Of a DNA stretch of 64,000 bases, positions 12,661 to 26,215 are shown one piece after another. Source of the DNA: Sphaerodactylus townsendi (lineage: Eukaryota); assembly GCF_021028975.2 (NCBI RefSeq), contig NC_059436.1:29760001-29824000 (forward strand), in the 5' to 3' direction. The position numbers were made by a program, and so were the translations under genes. Position 1 is the stretch's first letter; the number at the start of each line of letters is the position of its first letter. Under the pieces are notes generated by a model. That model was not told the origin of the DNA and did not search any database. It saw only the letters and a list, made by a program, of their open reading frames with translations.

Positions 12661-13328
12661 GCTTTGGCCTTGCTTTTTGGGATAGGAGAGAGTAGGTGGT
12701 GTTTTCCTTTCTGGAACATCCGTGTTAAGAAAGGGTGACCATACTGAAGATCACCCCGCGGGTTTTAAAGAGCAGAAATTTATCCCGCAGCTTCTAGGGA
12801 GGGGGTGGTCCACAGTCAATGGAGCCTCGGGGTACTTGTTGCATCTTTTCAATTGTTAGAAGTGGGTGTGATTTGTTAATCGGAAACGTATCTTGAGGAC
12901 AGGTAATTGTATTGTATCTGGAATGAAGGAGCTAATATTGCTGAGTGCAATAGAAGAGATACCTGCTGTCAGAGTGGCCTTATAAGAAGAATGCAAAGCT
13001 GGAGTCGTGAATCACACAGCGAAGCCATGAATATGGGTTTTGATTTGTTGAGGCTTCTGATTTTTTTGTTTCACTCAATTGCGTACTACTGCCTGTAGGT
13101 AATGTATCATTCCTAAAGGCTGAGGGGCCATCAGGTTTCTTAGCTTTCTCATGAATGGGCTGACAAAGGCTCCCCTGTCTCCCACTATAAATCCTCAAGA
13201 TGTTATACCTGGGTTTATTGACCAGATTAATGTACATGTTCTCTAAAGAGGGGACTGGTTTTTGGGGGATGAACTCTTAAGCACTGATCTGATTGTTAAT
13301 GTGAGCTTGCTTTTGTTTTAAATTTCAG

Positions 13329-13351
13329 ATTTATGGATAAGAAGCTGTCAT
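13329..13351 (+). CDS. SNRPG: SNRPG exon 2 (23-nt microexon)
   Basis: tttcag|A TTT ATG GAT AAG AAG CTG TCA T|gtaagt = (K)FMDKKLS(L). Confidence 0.95.
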
Positions 13352-13594
13352 GTAAGTAAAATAGTTATTTCTCAATTTGTTGTATTTTAGTAGGCTGTGC
13401 AGTTTGTCCCAAGAACAGCAGCTGCTTAGCTGTGCAATTCTATGGCAAGAGACATCTTGACTTCTTGCTACTTGTTGTTGATTAAGGAAATGCAGCTCAA
13501 GCATCTCAGTTCTGCACTGATCATTTGGGAACAACTGAGTAGAGAAGGGCCATCTCTACAGAATATAGGGGAGGGCGAAAGAAAACCTGGCAAT

Positions 13595-13868
13595 AAGAAG
13601 AGAAGAGTTTAGATTTATATTTCCCCTTTCTCTCCTGTAAGGAGACTCAAAGGGGCTTACAATCTCCTTCCCCCCCCCCCCCAACAAACACCCTTTGAGG
13701 TGGGTGGGGCTGAGAGAGCTCGGAAGAACTGTGACTAGCCCAAGGCCACCCAGCTGGCGTGTGTTGGTTCACCAGATAAACCTCCACAGCTCAAGTGGCA
13801 GAATGGGGAATCAAACCCAGTTCTCCAGATTAGAGTGCATCTGCTCTTAACCACTGCACCACGCTGGC
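13595..13868 (-). mobile_element. tRNA-derived SINE (Squam3/MIR-like)
   Basis: Reverse complement of the family at 54860-55165 and 57684-57981: A/B-box head and (TCT)n-like tail. Confidence 0.85.
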
Positions 13869-14225
13869 ACAGTAATAACTTTACTGAGAACAGGGTTTTG
13901 GTTGTGAGTAATGCATTACTGTATTGTTAATGACTTAGACCACTCAGACAGCATTAGTTCTTGAAGATAATAAATGCCTGATCTTGCATACTCTTAGGAT
14001 TTTGTGTTTCCTCATGATGGGGTGGGATAGAAATACATTTTTGTTTTCACAAAAAAAAACCCCAATTTCTATCAATAGCTTATTTATTTGCTTATGGGAA
14101 ATGACTTAAAGATAACATTTACTGCAGATTTAGTCCTATAGCTTCCAGTGACTTCTGATGTAATAAAACTGCTTATCCATTTAAAACTGTTAAATCCATA
14201 ATGCTTTCCCTAAGTTCTGTTGTAG

Positions 14226-14405
<180 letters not shown>

Positions 14406-15199
14406 TAATTTAAATTTTAAGACAGTGGTTTCAACAGTTTAATTTATTCAGTTAAGCTGATATGTCTCTAATCTCTTTATTTTAACTTTATTTACTTTTC
14501 ATCTTTCTTATAAGGAATCAAGGTGGTTACAGGATATAAATAGTCAGACAGCACAAGACAACCAAGGACCAATGCAATAGGATTAGAATTAATTGTTTAT
14601 AAGGCATTTTCTAATCAAGTCCCTCATGTTACGAAGACTGAAAGTGAATTCATATCAGTGACTTATTAGGGCAGAACTTCATATTTTCTACTGCTGGTTT
14701 AGGCAGAATCAGAATATGAATCCCTTGCATTCAGCTTGCAATCATATTGGTTAACCATTAAGACATAAATGATTCTAAAAGTTATTGAGTTTGCACATCT
14801 CTTCTGAGCACAAGTATTTGCAGAATAGTCAATTTTGTCAATTTCTCTTAATCTACCCAAAGCAGACACTGCCATTTGATGCTGTATGGAGAACCAAAAG
14901 CACTATGCTAGTTGATCTTTTCCCCATTTTAGCTGTATCTGTAGAAGTTTCTGAATTGTCTTTTGCAGTTTGGTTCCCATTTTTTTCTGTGGGTTGTTTC
15001 TGACATTTTCCTGCCCTAATAGCTTAATTATGTATAAATGCAAGGGTATTGTAGCTAAATTTAAAGATGCTAACAGTTTTTGTTTGAAGCCTTGTGAAGT
15101 GAATTAGTTGCCCACTACTCACTTACTGTGTTGCACCGTCTGGAATCTTCAGAATTGTATATAACTAAGAACTGAAACATGATGATTGATGATGGGGAT

Positions 15200-15542
15200 T
15201 TAGCATTCCAACGGCCCGATCTGCCAGGGGGCTGGGGGGCTGGGATTGGTTTAAGGATTTGGCATGGACTTGTGTTGGCAGATTTACCCTCCCTGGGGTA
15301 CTTACCCCACTCGAGGGGCAGAAATACTGGTGGGCAGCCACCGCGGTTCCCTGGGCTGTCTGGTCACAGTGCCCAGCTGGGGCTTGGACTTACACCATCC
15401 TTTGGGGTAATGTTAAGTCCATTAAGCCCTGTGGAGGGTTTTCTGGTGGTTGGATTTTTTGGGTTTTCTCCCTCCCCGTGCCACCAGAAAGCCATCTGGA
15501 AGCGCCAGGGTGGTGCTGTACCTTGTCTGGATTGGGCTGTCC
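15200..15542. mobile_element. GC-rich interspersed repeat (MITE-like, ends GGATTGGGCTGT)
   Basis: Its end is the reverse complement of the ACAGCCCAATCC start of the element at 46975; similar internal segments also at ~19940-20286. Family not identified. Confidence 0.5.
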
Positions 15543-15605
15543 AAGACTGAGGCTTGTTTTGTGGGGTGTGTAACATATAACTGATTCCTGTACTTTGATT
15601 TGCAG

Positions 15606-15656
15606 GTAATTCGAGGAAACAGCATCATTATGTTGGAAGCCTTGGAACGAGTATAA
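15606..15656 (+). CDS. SNRPG: SNRPG exon 4 (terminal)
   Basis: ttgcag|VIRGNSIIMLEALERV*; Sm2 motif; total 76 aa; AATAAA at 15737-15742. Confidence 0.96.
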   Translation, partial: VIRGNSIIMLEALERV

Positions 15657-16644
15657 ATTAACTGTAAACTGCAGTGTTATTTTTTTTTTCAATTTGTGAT
15701 TTATTCTACAGGAAATGTTTATTCCTTGTTTTTTAAAATAAATTTGTAATGGACTACTTACTGATTTTGAATATCATTTTGTGCAGCTGACTTGTCCAAT
15801 GCAGTACAAAATTCTATCTGTAACAGAATTTCTCCTTATGGTGCATCTGGATTTGAAGGTAGCTTTCAGCTGCTAAGCAGACCAGCACAATCATGGATAA
15901 ATTCCATGTTAGCCTGTCGTAGTCAAAACAACAAATTCTTATGGCACCTTATTGACCCACTGACTTAGCTGGAGAAGGGAATTGTGCTAGTTAGTATACC
16001 CTTTCTCACCAAAAGATCTCAGGAGATTTTTCAATTCATCTGCCACTTCCTGAACCTCCTTATAGAAGAGGGAATTCTGGTAGATGTAGTTTTTTGTTCA
16101 GTTTTTCCATCTCAAGCTTGCCATTGCTCTTCTACTGGACCTGACAACAGCCATCCCTCTTTTCCACCCAGCCCAAACACCAAGCCAGGCCTCCTGCCTA
16201 CTCTCCCCAACTCACCACTTGCTCGCCTGATAATAGCCCTTTGGGACTACTTTCTACTGTGGAAGCATGCATTTCTGCTGCAACATGAATGACTGCATTG
16301 TGTTCTTTTGGTGAGACAAAGTATAGTACAAAAACTTCTGGCAGTAAGGATTATAAACTAATGCTAGTTATCCCTCAAAGACTATACCAGGATACAGACA
16401 GAATTCCTGTAGATTATCTTTTAGAGTAAAAAATACTACCAGAACACAGTCATATTATCCACTTTAATAGGAAAAGAGCAGTACTCATTTTTGTAATATG
16501 TTTTGCTGAACTTATCACAATACAGTTTTGCCTGAATATCAGTAGTGAACAAAATAAATGAAAGTCTTGTGTCAGAATTCACAGAACCAGATGATTGGCT
16601 GTCCAGGCATTTAAGATAATTCTGTTGCTGATTTTAATAGAGTC

Positions 16645-16772
16645 TGTAAGCACTTAGAAGGGAATGCTGTGATCACTAAAAGTCAACAGGGGTTTCTCAA
16701 AAACAAATCATGACATTCTAATCTTATCTCCTTGATTTCAGTAAGGCCTTTGACAAGGTCCCCAATGACATT
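16645..16772 (+). mobile_element. CR1 LINE reverse-transcriptase fragment in the PCYOX1 3' region
   Basis: Remnants 'HLEGNAVITKSQQGFLKNKS' and 'LDFSKAFDKVP' of the CR1 RT with an internal deletion. Confidence 0.7.
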
Positions 16773-17867
16773 TTTAAAGTCACTGTTGGTTGCTGTTTTT
16801 GGCAAATGGCTTATCTTGAACCACTGTAAGTAGAAATTCACAAGTGTTCTGCACCTGAAGTGTGTTATATGTGCATATTTCAGTTGCTGAACAGGGACTA
16901 AAGTTGTGTGTTAGAGAACAAAATTACCTACTTTGTAAAGCAGTAATGTTGCTGCTGCTAAATTCTCCCTTATCACAATATAATGGCTGTCAAGTTTTGT
17001 GGTAATAAAGAATACAGCTGCACTTCAATATAACCTGTCATTTAGCAAAAGGGAGACTGAATCCATAAGCAATCTTTTGTGTAGAATATCAGGCATAATT
17101 CTTATTTTTAGTTGCTGCCTTTTCCTTGAACTTCCTGTTGTTTGTGGCTTTTCTCCCACCGTCTTTCAAGATTTAGGAGGAAAGCCAAGCTAACATGCAT
17201 AGCATGTGCAGTTGTTGCCTTCCATTTCTCTCAACTAGGTGTCTAGTCTTCTTACCTTTCATAAATGTTACTTAAGCATGCTTTCAATAGATGTCACACT
17301 GCTGCAAGACACATTTTACCAAATACTACTCCTGCACACCTTATCCCTCCACGTATTTTAATGGGGATTATTCCAGAGTACAGCATTATGGCTTGCACCT
17401 GGAAAGCTACTTGAAGAGCACAGCCTGTGATACTGCTAGGAATAGTTAGATTTACAAGCCATAAGTTGACACTAAGAGTTCACACAGGTTCTTAATTTCA
17501 TTTGTGCATGTAGACCAATTAAATGAAATTGAATGACTTTATAATCCAGTGAGGCCGAATTATATTCAGTATTCTCTGATAGGCTTAAGAAGCATTAAGT
17601 CTTTATGCAGAACAGCAGTGGTAGGCAGGATATAGGGTACATTCAAGTAGTGGCAAACTCCTTTCCATATTCAGAAGAAATAGAAATATTTCTGGAGATC
17701 CTGACTTCTTTGTATAAGCAAAATTACACCTTTGTCTTCCTCAGTGGCCAAGTGCTCTTTCAGGTTTTCCCTCCAGGGCAAGGCAATGTACAGCCTTTAA
17801 GTTTCATTGTAAGTTTCACTAATACCACGAATCTTAAGACATTTTTTCCAGCAATGTGGATTCCAAC

Positions 17868-18529
17868 TCAGAGCTCTGTTTTGAGTCTTTCATGCAAATC
17901 TTCCTGATCAATCATGTCCATGTTTTCATACCAACGGTGGTAAGCCAGCAGAGCAGCATTTTTGGCTGAAACAGCACTCATTTCCATGGCGCTAGCAGCC
18001 CACTCTATGCCGTTGAGGTAGTACATTCTACTGTGGAGGATGATAGGTGGGAATTTATCTGGGGGGCTGTAGTGGGGGTAAGCTTGCCATATTTTTACTG
18101 TATTGGAATCATAGGATAGGAAAAGCAATTTTATTTGCTCTTTGGTGAGAGGTTGAGGTGAGAAAATTTTCCATACTCGAGGGCTTAGTAATGGGTTCAG
18201 TACAGTTTTTCTGTTCTTAACTGGTGATACAGTACCCATGCTGTTGATAAATAACTTGGGATTCTCTATTGTGAAAATGTCGGTTAACTGGAAGTGGGAA
18301 GGGTCCTTGTAGCCAAAGAAAGAGGCATTGATGTGCCCGTGGACAAACGTTACTACAGTCTGATGATAGGGATTGGAGAACTCAGAAATGGGTGGACTGA
18401 AGTTGAGGAATGTTATGTTGGCATTCTTACGGACCAAGGGGGCTGCAATGAGAACGATGTCGTATGCATCTCTCTGTAATCCTGATGTAGAATTGTAGGT
18501 GACTTCATACAGCTTCACAGCACCACCAC
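17868..18529 (-). CDS. PCYOX1: PCYOX1 exon 6 (terminal), prenylcysteine oxidase 1
   Basis: tttaaaag|GGGAVKLYEVTY...YYLNGIEWAASAMEMSAVSAKNAALLAYHRW...ERLKTEL*; C-terminal KTEL; total 507 aa. Confidence 0.96.
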
Positions 18530-18650
18530 CTTTTAAAAATAAACAAGAAGCTATTCCTTCAGAATTATTACAAGTTTGACTGTTTTACAAACATTTTGAC
18601 AATACTGTTAAGGTTAAGTTGGTCTAAAGTCACCAGTAAGCTTCATAGTA

Positions 18651-18916
18651 GAGGAAGAGTTTGGATTTATACCCCACCTTTTTCTCCTGCGAGGAGACTC
18701 AAGGTGGCTTACAAGCTCCTTTTTCCCCTTCCTCTCCCCACAACGGACACCTTGTGAGGTAGGTGGGGCTGAGAGAGTTCCGAAGAACTGTGACTAGCCC
18801 AAGGTAATCCAGCAGGAATGTAGGAGTGCGGAAACACATCTGGTTCACCAGATAAGCCTCTTCCTACACAGGTGCAGAAGTGGGGAATCAAACCCAGTTC
18901 TCCAGATTAGAATCAC
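18651..18916 (-). mobile_element. tRNA-derived SINE (Squam3/MIR-like), 5'-truncated
   Basis: Same family as 57684-57981, reverse orientation. Confidence 0.85.
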
Positions 18917-18967
18917 ATGTGAAACATTTATAAACTATTTCCATAGGGATGAATGTTGAGACCTCAC

Positions 18968-19123
18968 CTGAACGTCCCTTTTCCCTTGTCTTCTCCTCTA
19001 TAGAAATAACTGCACCAGAAATCAGCTGTGCTTTAGAAGCATACAGAAGGCCAGTGCATACCAGTTTGTTGCCACCTTCTACTGACCAAAGTCCAGAATC
19101 AGCACCTGCTAAAGATACAGCAC
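18968..19123 (-). CDS. PCYOX1: PCYOX1 exon 5
   Basis: ctggcag|GAVSLAGADSGLWSVEGGNKLVC...EKGRS(G)|gtgagg; 156 nt, phase 1-1. Confidence 0.95.
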
Positions 19124-19460
19124 CTGCCAGGGAGCAGGAAAAAATCAAATTTAAAGAACAGAAAATTGTCCTAGTCATAAAAAAAGTGCAAAGGGGAAAC
19201 TGGTCTACAGATAGTTAAACTGTAAACTGAATACTGGAATATGTGGGCTTTACAGCCCCTGCTACAGAGATTACCTGTCTGTTTCCTAACATTTGGTGGA
19301 AGACAGCCGATCAGCCTTCTGAACAGTGCGGAGCATGAACATTCTTGAATCTAGAAAGCTAATGCTATTCAGTAGAGAATGCCTCAACTGGAAAAACTGC
19401 CCATGTAAGGGAAAGTAATGGTTTCATGACAGTGCAAAATTTCAGTGCGTTCAGTATATA

Positions 19461-19690
19461 CCGTGTTTCCCCAAATATAAGACAGTCTTATATTAATTTT
19501 TGCTCACAAAGATGCGCTATGTCTTATTTTCAGGGGATGTCTTATATTTCTGTATTCTGTTCGTCAGGCATGCTTCCAAACAAAAACTTTGCTACGTCTT
19601 ACTTTTGGGGGATGCCTTATATTTCACACTTCAGCAAAACCTCTACTACGTCTTATTTTCCGGGGATGTCTTATATTCAGGGAAACAGGG
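19461..19690. mobile_element. Tc1/mariner-superfamily (Tc2-like) MITE
   Basis: TA flanks; TIRs CCGTGTTTCCCCAAATATAAGACA / TGTCTTATATTCAGGGAAACAGGG; three internal repeats resembling CTAYGTCTTATTTT..GGGGATGTCTTATATT. Confidence 0.88.
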
Positions 19691-21117
19691 TATGTAGGAC
19701 CTTTTTGCATGCTAAAAGATACATTGTGAAGATAAAATGAAGAATAGCATGGTAAGTCACTTTGGGTCCCCACTGGGGAGAAAGGTTTCATATAAATGAA
19801 GTAAGCTCAAGGAATATCAGGCTAATTATTAATTCTGACCACCATCAGTGGGCCATTCGGGTAAAGGTATAGTGGAGTGTCACAGTATACAAGTATACTA
19901 GGTATAGTATACAGTATATAAGGTAAAGTGGAGACCAGGACTGCAAAGGCCTTTGCTGGGACAGGAGACACGAGCCAGCTCTGGCACAATGGGGATACCT
20001 GCCTCACAGGCCATGATTGCTGGATTGAATGCCACACCAGCATCCCGGTGCCATCGCTGGCATAGCAAAGGTGGGCCGGGAAGGAGCCAACATTGTTTGG
20101 CTCCCTCCTCGCCTTGGCTGGCGTTATGCCGTGGGCTGCAGTTGGGACTCAGGCCAGCCTTTTGGCTGGCATAAGTCCATTGTGGCCCACAGAGGCTTCT
20201 TGGCAATGGGGAGGCTTTTGCACTTTCAGGGGCTTCCCACGCCACCGGGAAGCCTCTTTGGGTAACGCCTCCAGTGTGGGCTGCCCTTTTTTATTTCTTA
20301 AAGATAGAAATTAGCCAAACGAAAAAAAAAACCCCTATCAAGTCATAGCCAGTTAGTTCTAAAGACTAAGGGATGAAACCATATTATACATATAATATTA
20401 TATAAAAATAAACCAGTTACCCATTATGGCTATTCTTAATATAAATTCAATAATTCAAAGTACATAAAGAACACCGATAAATGACTTCTATTATAACTTT
20501 TCTCATAAAATAAAAGGCATGTGCAGAAAGCCTTAGATCATTTTCACAGCCAAGGACTCATAAATGATACTCATAAATGGTAGGACTCTATTGAAATCAT
20601 TCCACCTTGCCACAGGTTTGAAGAAAAATCTGAAATCTAAAAAAATTACATTGGGTGAGTTAAACCCCCAAATTAATAAAAGAAGTGCCTGCAGCATTAA
20701 GGAACAGAAGTTCTCAGTGTCCGCTGCCAGGCAACCATTGGATTCTTCTTTCTGTAAAAGATGGGGGAATGTGGTCAGGCTCTTTCCAGATCTGTTTTGG
20801 CCTTTGCAAAAGGTGAGGGTACAGGGCAAAGTGATGTGTGACATCCTCCCAAAGTCTTTGAGGGTTCCCTACTATGCTAGTGGGCTTTGCCCAGCAGTCG
20901 GAACTGCACAACAAGGCCATGGTTTTCCTAAGTAGAAGAGGGGTGGGCGGGAGACATGGAATCAAAAACAGCAGGACAGCTAAAGGTAAATTGGGAAAGA
21001 GAAAAGGGAGCAGGAGAAGGGGCTTTCAGGAAAGGGAATAAGGAAATAGAGAGGGGGAAATGAGGTGTGTCCTGCAGGTCAAAATCCAAAATTTTATAAT
21101 CAAAAAGAATCACTTAC

Positions 21118-21329
21118 CTACAAAGCCATTGATAGTGATACCTTGGCCATAATTTACTCTCATGACAGCAGTTACTATCTCATTGATGAACTTCTGAGAA
21201 AAGCCAGACTTTAGCATGGACTCCTCAATGGTCTCATTCAGAATTTGAAGGAATTCAGCCCCTCCAAGGGCATGAAGCAAATCCTCAGTGCTGCTGAAGG
21301 CATAGTCATGAGCCTGATACCGATAAATA
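21118..21329 (-). CDS. PCYOX1: PCYOX1 exon 4
   Basis: ttaaag|(S)[23 protein letters not shown]...[16 protein letters not shown](G)|gtaagt; 212 nt. Confidence 0.93.
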
Positions 21330-22162
21330 CTTTAACCAAAAGGGGGAAAGAACCATTAAGAAAGGGGACAATTAAGACTATGCAATATTTGCAAAAGGGT
21401 AGGAGGAATAGGAGGTTAGGGATGTATATTTTAGAACTGTATAGTATAAGAGTGTTCTGGTATTGAAGTAGCTGTTTTTAAGAAATGTTGCCATTAACAA
21501 AGATTCACAATTCATTCTTGTGATCTAAATGTTCAAATTCTTAATGTTAGTACTTTGATTTGATTGCACCTTATTTAAAAGTACGAGTGGCAATTGAAGA
21601 GCATATGTCTGGAAACACCACCTTTCTTTTGCCAGTGCTTCTAGATGATTGGTTAGGCATCTATGTGACACCCTGGTAGAATATTCTTTTCTTCTTTGTT
21701 TATAGGAAGAAAGCAGATCTTGCCAGTTACAATGCTGATATGCAACTGAGATGCAGGCCTACAGGGTTAAAGGCAAGCATGTTTTTAACATGTTGAGGGA
21801 GACAATGGAGTCTAAAAACACTACAAATTTACTCTTCATTCTTGGTATGAACCTAACTAATTTTCCTTATGTTAGACGTAGAATCCTCAGCAGAATTTGT
21901 CTAGCTGTCCAACAAGATATTCAAGTTGCCATGTAAACTGGTTTTCTTTTAGGCCATGATAGAGCTTCAGGAGAAGAAACTTGATTATAGCATCAGTTTT
22001 GGGGGTTTTTTTGCATAGAGCTGGCAAAATGGTATTTCTTTAGCATTTCATTATGGTACTCTGAAAAAATCTTATTCTTTTCAGTCATCCTGTGGCCTGA
22101 CTTCCCACCAGGTAATTAAGTCTTTCTGGTTTAGAAGTAGATTCTGCTTTGTGCATTATTAC

Positions 22163-22337
22163 CTCATAAACTTGTCCAGAATTTCCTCTACCCACATGTA
22201 CATTCGCAAGGGATTCAGTCCATAGTGCCAGAGGAGCTTGATAAAATTCCAGATATACCAGCTACTCTCCTCAAAGACAAACTCATCTCCATTGTAAATG
22301 CCCATAAGGCCACCTTGGCTTTTAGGTACAGAAAGTC
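22163..22337 (-). CDS. PCYOX1: PCYOX1 exon 3
   Basis: ttgcag|[27 protein letters not shown]...EEILDKFM|gtaata; 175 nt. Confidence 0.95.
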
Positions 22338-22419
22338 CTGCAAATGTGAGAATGTGAACCTGTGAGCTAGCGAGGGCTGTTAGACATATAAAGAACAATT
22401 GTATAATTTACTGACTTAA

Positions 22420-22632
22420 TTTATATCCTGGCCTTTCCCCCCCCTCCCCACCCCAGGGGAACCTAAAGCAGCTTACACTGTTCTCCTCACCTCCATTTTA
22501 TCCTCACAACAACCCTGAGGTTAAGACTGTGTGAGTGGCCCAAGGTCATCAAGCAAGTTGCCATGGCAGCGTGGCAATTCAAACCTAAGTTTCCCAGAGC
22601 CCAGTCTGACATTGTAACCCCTATACTACACT
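22420..22632 (-). mobile_element. Older MIR-like/tRNA-derived SINE
   Basis: CTCCATTTTATCCTCACAACAACCCT...GGCCCAAGGTCA core segments. Confidence 0.7.
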
Positions 22633-22924
22633 AATTGTATGATGTATTTTATTGCTCTTTTCAAGAGATGGGACTGACATATATAAACCACACATTCTGA
22701 TAGTTCCTGGGTTAGATCCAGATTAAATTTACCATTAGCAGAATGAACTTTCCTGACTCCTCTTTCTCAATGCAGTCCACTGAACTCCACAAGTGCTGCA
22801 CCTGGGTGACAGGGAATCTTGAGGAACAACACGGGCAGAGAAAATCTTGAAGCTGGGACGATGGTCAGAAGAAATATCCCATTTACTATGGATCTTCCCT
22901 TCTGACATTAAAGACAAGAGAGAG

Positions 22925-23480
22925 AAGCCTCAACTTTGGCCACAGTGATCCATACTCTGATCACACCCAAGTTGCAATGAGTTTTATGTGGGGCTACCTT
23001 TGAAGACTGCCTACAAACTTCAAAATGCAACGGTCAAGGTGCTGAGGGGAGGGGGGGAATAGGGATCACCTCTTTCCTGTGCTGAAAGGTGTGCAATGGT
23101 TGCCTGTTATCAAGAACAGTTCAAAGGGTTGGTTCTTATCTTAGAGCCCTTAAATAGATAAGGAACAGGGTACTGAAAGCACTGCCCCCCCCACCTGGCT
23201 GCCCAGGTTGCCAATTAAGGTAATTACTTAAAGCAATATGCTTGATGTTCCAAGTGGGGGGGGGGGACACTAGTGATGGGGACTTCTCAGTATTCGTGTC
23301 CTGTCTAAAGAATGTCCTCAAAGTTCTCCTGGTACCTACTAGTAGTTCTTCAGACACCAACCCCAAATATTTTTGTTCAATCAAGTTTTTCTCTGAATTT
23401 TGATCTCAATGTTTTCTTTTCTCTTGGATTTAAGTGCATTTTATGCTGGTTATATGTTACTTGCTTGCCTATTCTTTTAG
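22925..23480 (+). mobile_element. Decayed L2-like LINE fragment
   Basis: Degenerate ORF2 C-terminal motifs (ATVIHTLIT..., 'TGGTTGCCTGT...TTCAAAGGGTTGGTTCTTATC'); boundaries approximate. Confidence 0.5.
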
Positions 23481-24121
23481 TTTGTTTCAAGAGTTACTTG
23501 AAAAAATTATTTTAAATTGTATTTTTATTATTTTCTGTTGGCCAATTTGGGCAGATTCTGAAATCCTGTGGATATAAATCTTGTAAGTAAAAGGAGGTAT
23601 GAAAAAACTGGGGAATGCTCTGAGATTCAGTAGAATGATTGCGCTCAGAACTTATGTAGGAACGTCTGCATTGATCTGGACGGCCTGTGTTTTTGCCAAA
23701 ATAATTGCCGCTTGACACTACAATTTTAGAAGTGACTGCTCAAGAATGTCTTCCTGTTATTTTCATGTCCTGCAACCTCCTTGTCTAATCACAGAGCTTG
23801 CAAAAGTTAGATACATGATATCTGTATGCTTGCTGTCACTTGTCTAGCATGGCAGTTATCACTGTATGCAGTGTCATTAATGTAATAACAGCAAAGAACC
23901 AAGCCCCATGCTACTGTCCCTAAAATTTGCAGACAGCAAAGAATAAACTGGTATAATAACAACAATAAGAAGTGTGAATATACACACACATTGTGGAATG
24001 ATAAAGCTGAAAAAAGGGAGCAGTTGCAAGGTGTAGAAACAAAACCACTATAATTACCATTACAATATAACTAAGCAGGGAAGGTATCCCAAGTTGCTTT
24101 GTAGGCAAAAGAGGGTCATAC

Positions 24122-24328
24122 CTAATTCTTTGACAAAATGCTTCATGTGCAGGTTAAGAGGGTGGATGACAGATCCTCCTGCTTCATAGTCTTCTCCTTC
24201 CAGGTTGACTGTAGCCAAACGGCCACCCACAACCCCTCTTTCATATACATCAATCGGGACATCTTTTCCAAACTTCTGGCGCAGAAAATAGGCTGCGGAC
24301 GTGCCCCCAATGCCAGCTCCAATCACAG
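24122..24328 (-). CDS. PCYOX1: PCYOX1 exon 2 (FAD-binding GxGxxG)
   Basis: tttcag|[16 protein letters not shown]...[22 protein letters not shown](G)|gtatga; 207 nt. Confidence 0.96.
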
Positions 24329-25765
24329 CTGAAAGGGTTGTAAAAATATTTTACTTCCACAAACTGAAAGAGATACCAGCCAACTCTTCCCTTATGCATA
24401 TGAAATCAAGATAATGAAGGGTGTTTCAGCATAGCTTTAATTATGTGGATCATAATCCTCAATTTTTCTGGGTGGTGGCTGAGACCTTCAAAAGTACCTG
24501 AAACTTTTGCTCTGGAGTAATGGTAGAAATTCTCAGTGAAACTACTTTGGCAAATGTCTGAAAACATAAACCATTTTGTCAAGGACTTGTGGCAAATGTT
24601 ATGAGGAGAGGTGGAAGAAACTGGACACTTTACTTTTGCTGAACAAACATTAAAGTGGGAAAGGATGTGTTCTAATAATTTCCAAAAACTCAAAAGGATA
24701 TCAACAATGAGGACAGCATATCCCAGTAGCATACCACATAATATTTTTCATTCTGTATTTAAGAACCTTATTATTCATAACTTAAGTGCCATTCAACATG
24801 CAGATTTGTGAATTAATATGCCAAATTGCATCCCAGGCCAGAAAGAAAGCAAGTGTCCAAAGAACTGCAAAGATCTGTACCAAGCATTAATCATCTCATC
24901 AAGTGTGGCACAGGTGAGCTACACCTGGACTCCTCCTTTGGATTTCTCCAAGACAGAGGCATTCTCTCACACTCACGGTTTATAGCCAACTGGTCCTGCA
25001 TCCACAAAATTATTTGAATCTTTTTGTCTCTAAGCACTGCTTTAAAAAGCACCTGTGAGAGGAATACACCATTTTGCTATTCTTATTTAGCCAATATTTA
25101 TCTAACCATGTTTCCAATTAAGGGCAAAAGGCAGGTTACAGAACTTAAGTAAACTTCTACAGCTAATGAAACCAGGCAATTAAACAATTCGGTAAAACAG
25201 GGGAAAAAATGGGGCTACAATTCTATGAACAGGTTTTCTCTGAACTCAGCCTTGCACAACTTATGTTTGCACAACTCCATATCTGCAGAAGCACTTTTTC
25301 TGCAAGTTTCCTGGAAATGGTTTTGGTTGCTGCTTCTACCTACTGCAGAAGGTAAGGGGAAATGTGTGAATGTAGGTCACATTCACATCTTTTGACCACA
25401 GACTAAATGCTGCCTGGGCCCAGAATGAACCTACCCTCCACCTTAATTATTTAAATAAAAAGGGCAAAGTGCTTCTGAGCTTGTGCAGCTTGCCATGAAG
25501 TAACAAGAAGAGTGTTTTAAAAAGTTATAAAAACGGAGGACACTTGAGCACGTGCAGAGGGCGCTCCCCTAAAAAGCCCACTCCTTCCTTCCTTCCTTCC
25601 ACTAAGGCTACGGCACACGCAAGCAGGCGGGTTTTAAAAAGAGAATGAACGACGACCTACTCTAAAGTCCAGTTTTAACTACAAGGGAGTCTGCTCCGAT
25701 GCTGTGTCCTCCTCGGATGCCCTTTGCCCGTCGCCAGCAAGGCCTGCTTTCGGTTCCGCCCCTAC

Positions 25766-25877
25766 CTATTCGGTTGGGCGGGTAGCGCAACTCCTGGGTC
25801 CCCGACGAAAGCCCCCGGCGGCACATCCATGCCAAGAGCACAAGGAGGCGAGCAGAGCCCAGCGAAGGCACCCTCAT
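25766..25877 (-). CDS. PCYOX1: PCYOX1 exon 1 (signal peptide)
   Basis: MRVPSLGSARLLVLLAWMCRRGLSSGTQELRYPPNRI then G|gtaggg; 112 nt; within a CpG island. Confidence 0.9.
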
Positions 25878-26123
25878 GACGGCTGAGGAGGAGAGAGCGC
25901 GAGACAGGCCGACGCGCTGAGGCCCAGGACGGGTCCGACACTCTCTCGCCCGACGCTCCTCCCTGCCGCCTTAGTCGTCAGGGGGCGGGCAGGGGCTGTC
26001 TGGAGGCGGGGAAGGCCTCTGTCGGAGCCTGGGCCCAGGAGGGTGGAAAGTAAAGGCCGCTCGCCCAAAGGCCAGCTCGCTGCCTCACGGAAAGCCGCGA
26101 CTGGGACGTTGCCTCTGTGATTA

Positions 26124-26215
26124 CCCTCTGGAGATGCCAGCCACAGATGCAGGCGAAACGTTAGGAACAAGATCCACCAGACCACGGCCACACAGCCCGG
26201 AAAACCCACCACTTC
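26124..26215 (+). mobile_element. Penelope-like element terminal fragment
   Basis: CCTCTGGAGATGCCAGCCACAGATGCAGGCGAAACGTTAGG...CCCGGAAAACCCAC; related to both arms of 28886-29078. Family assignment from recall of squamate Penelope ends. Confidence 0.65.
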
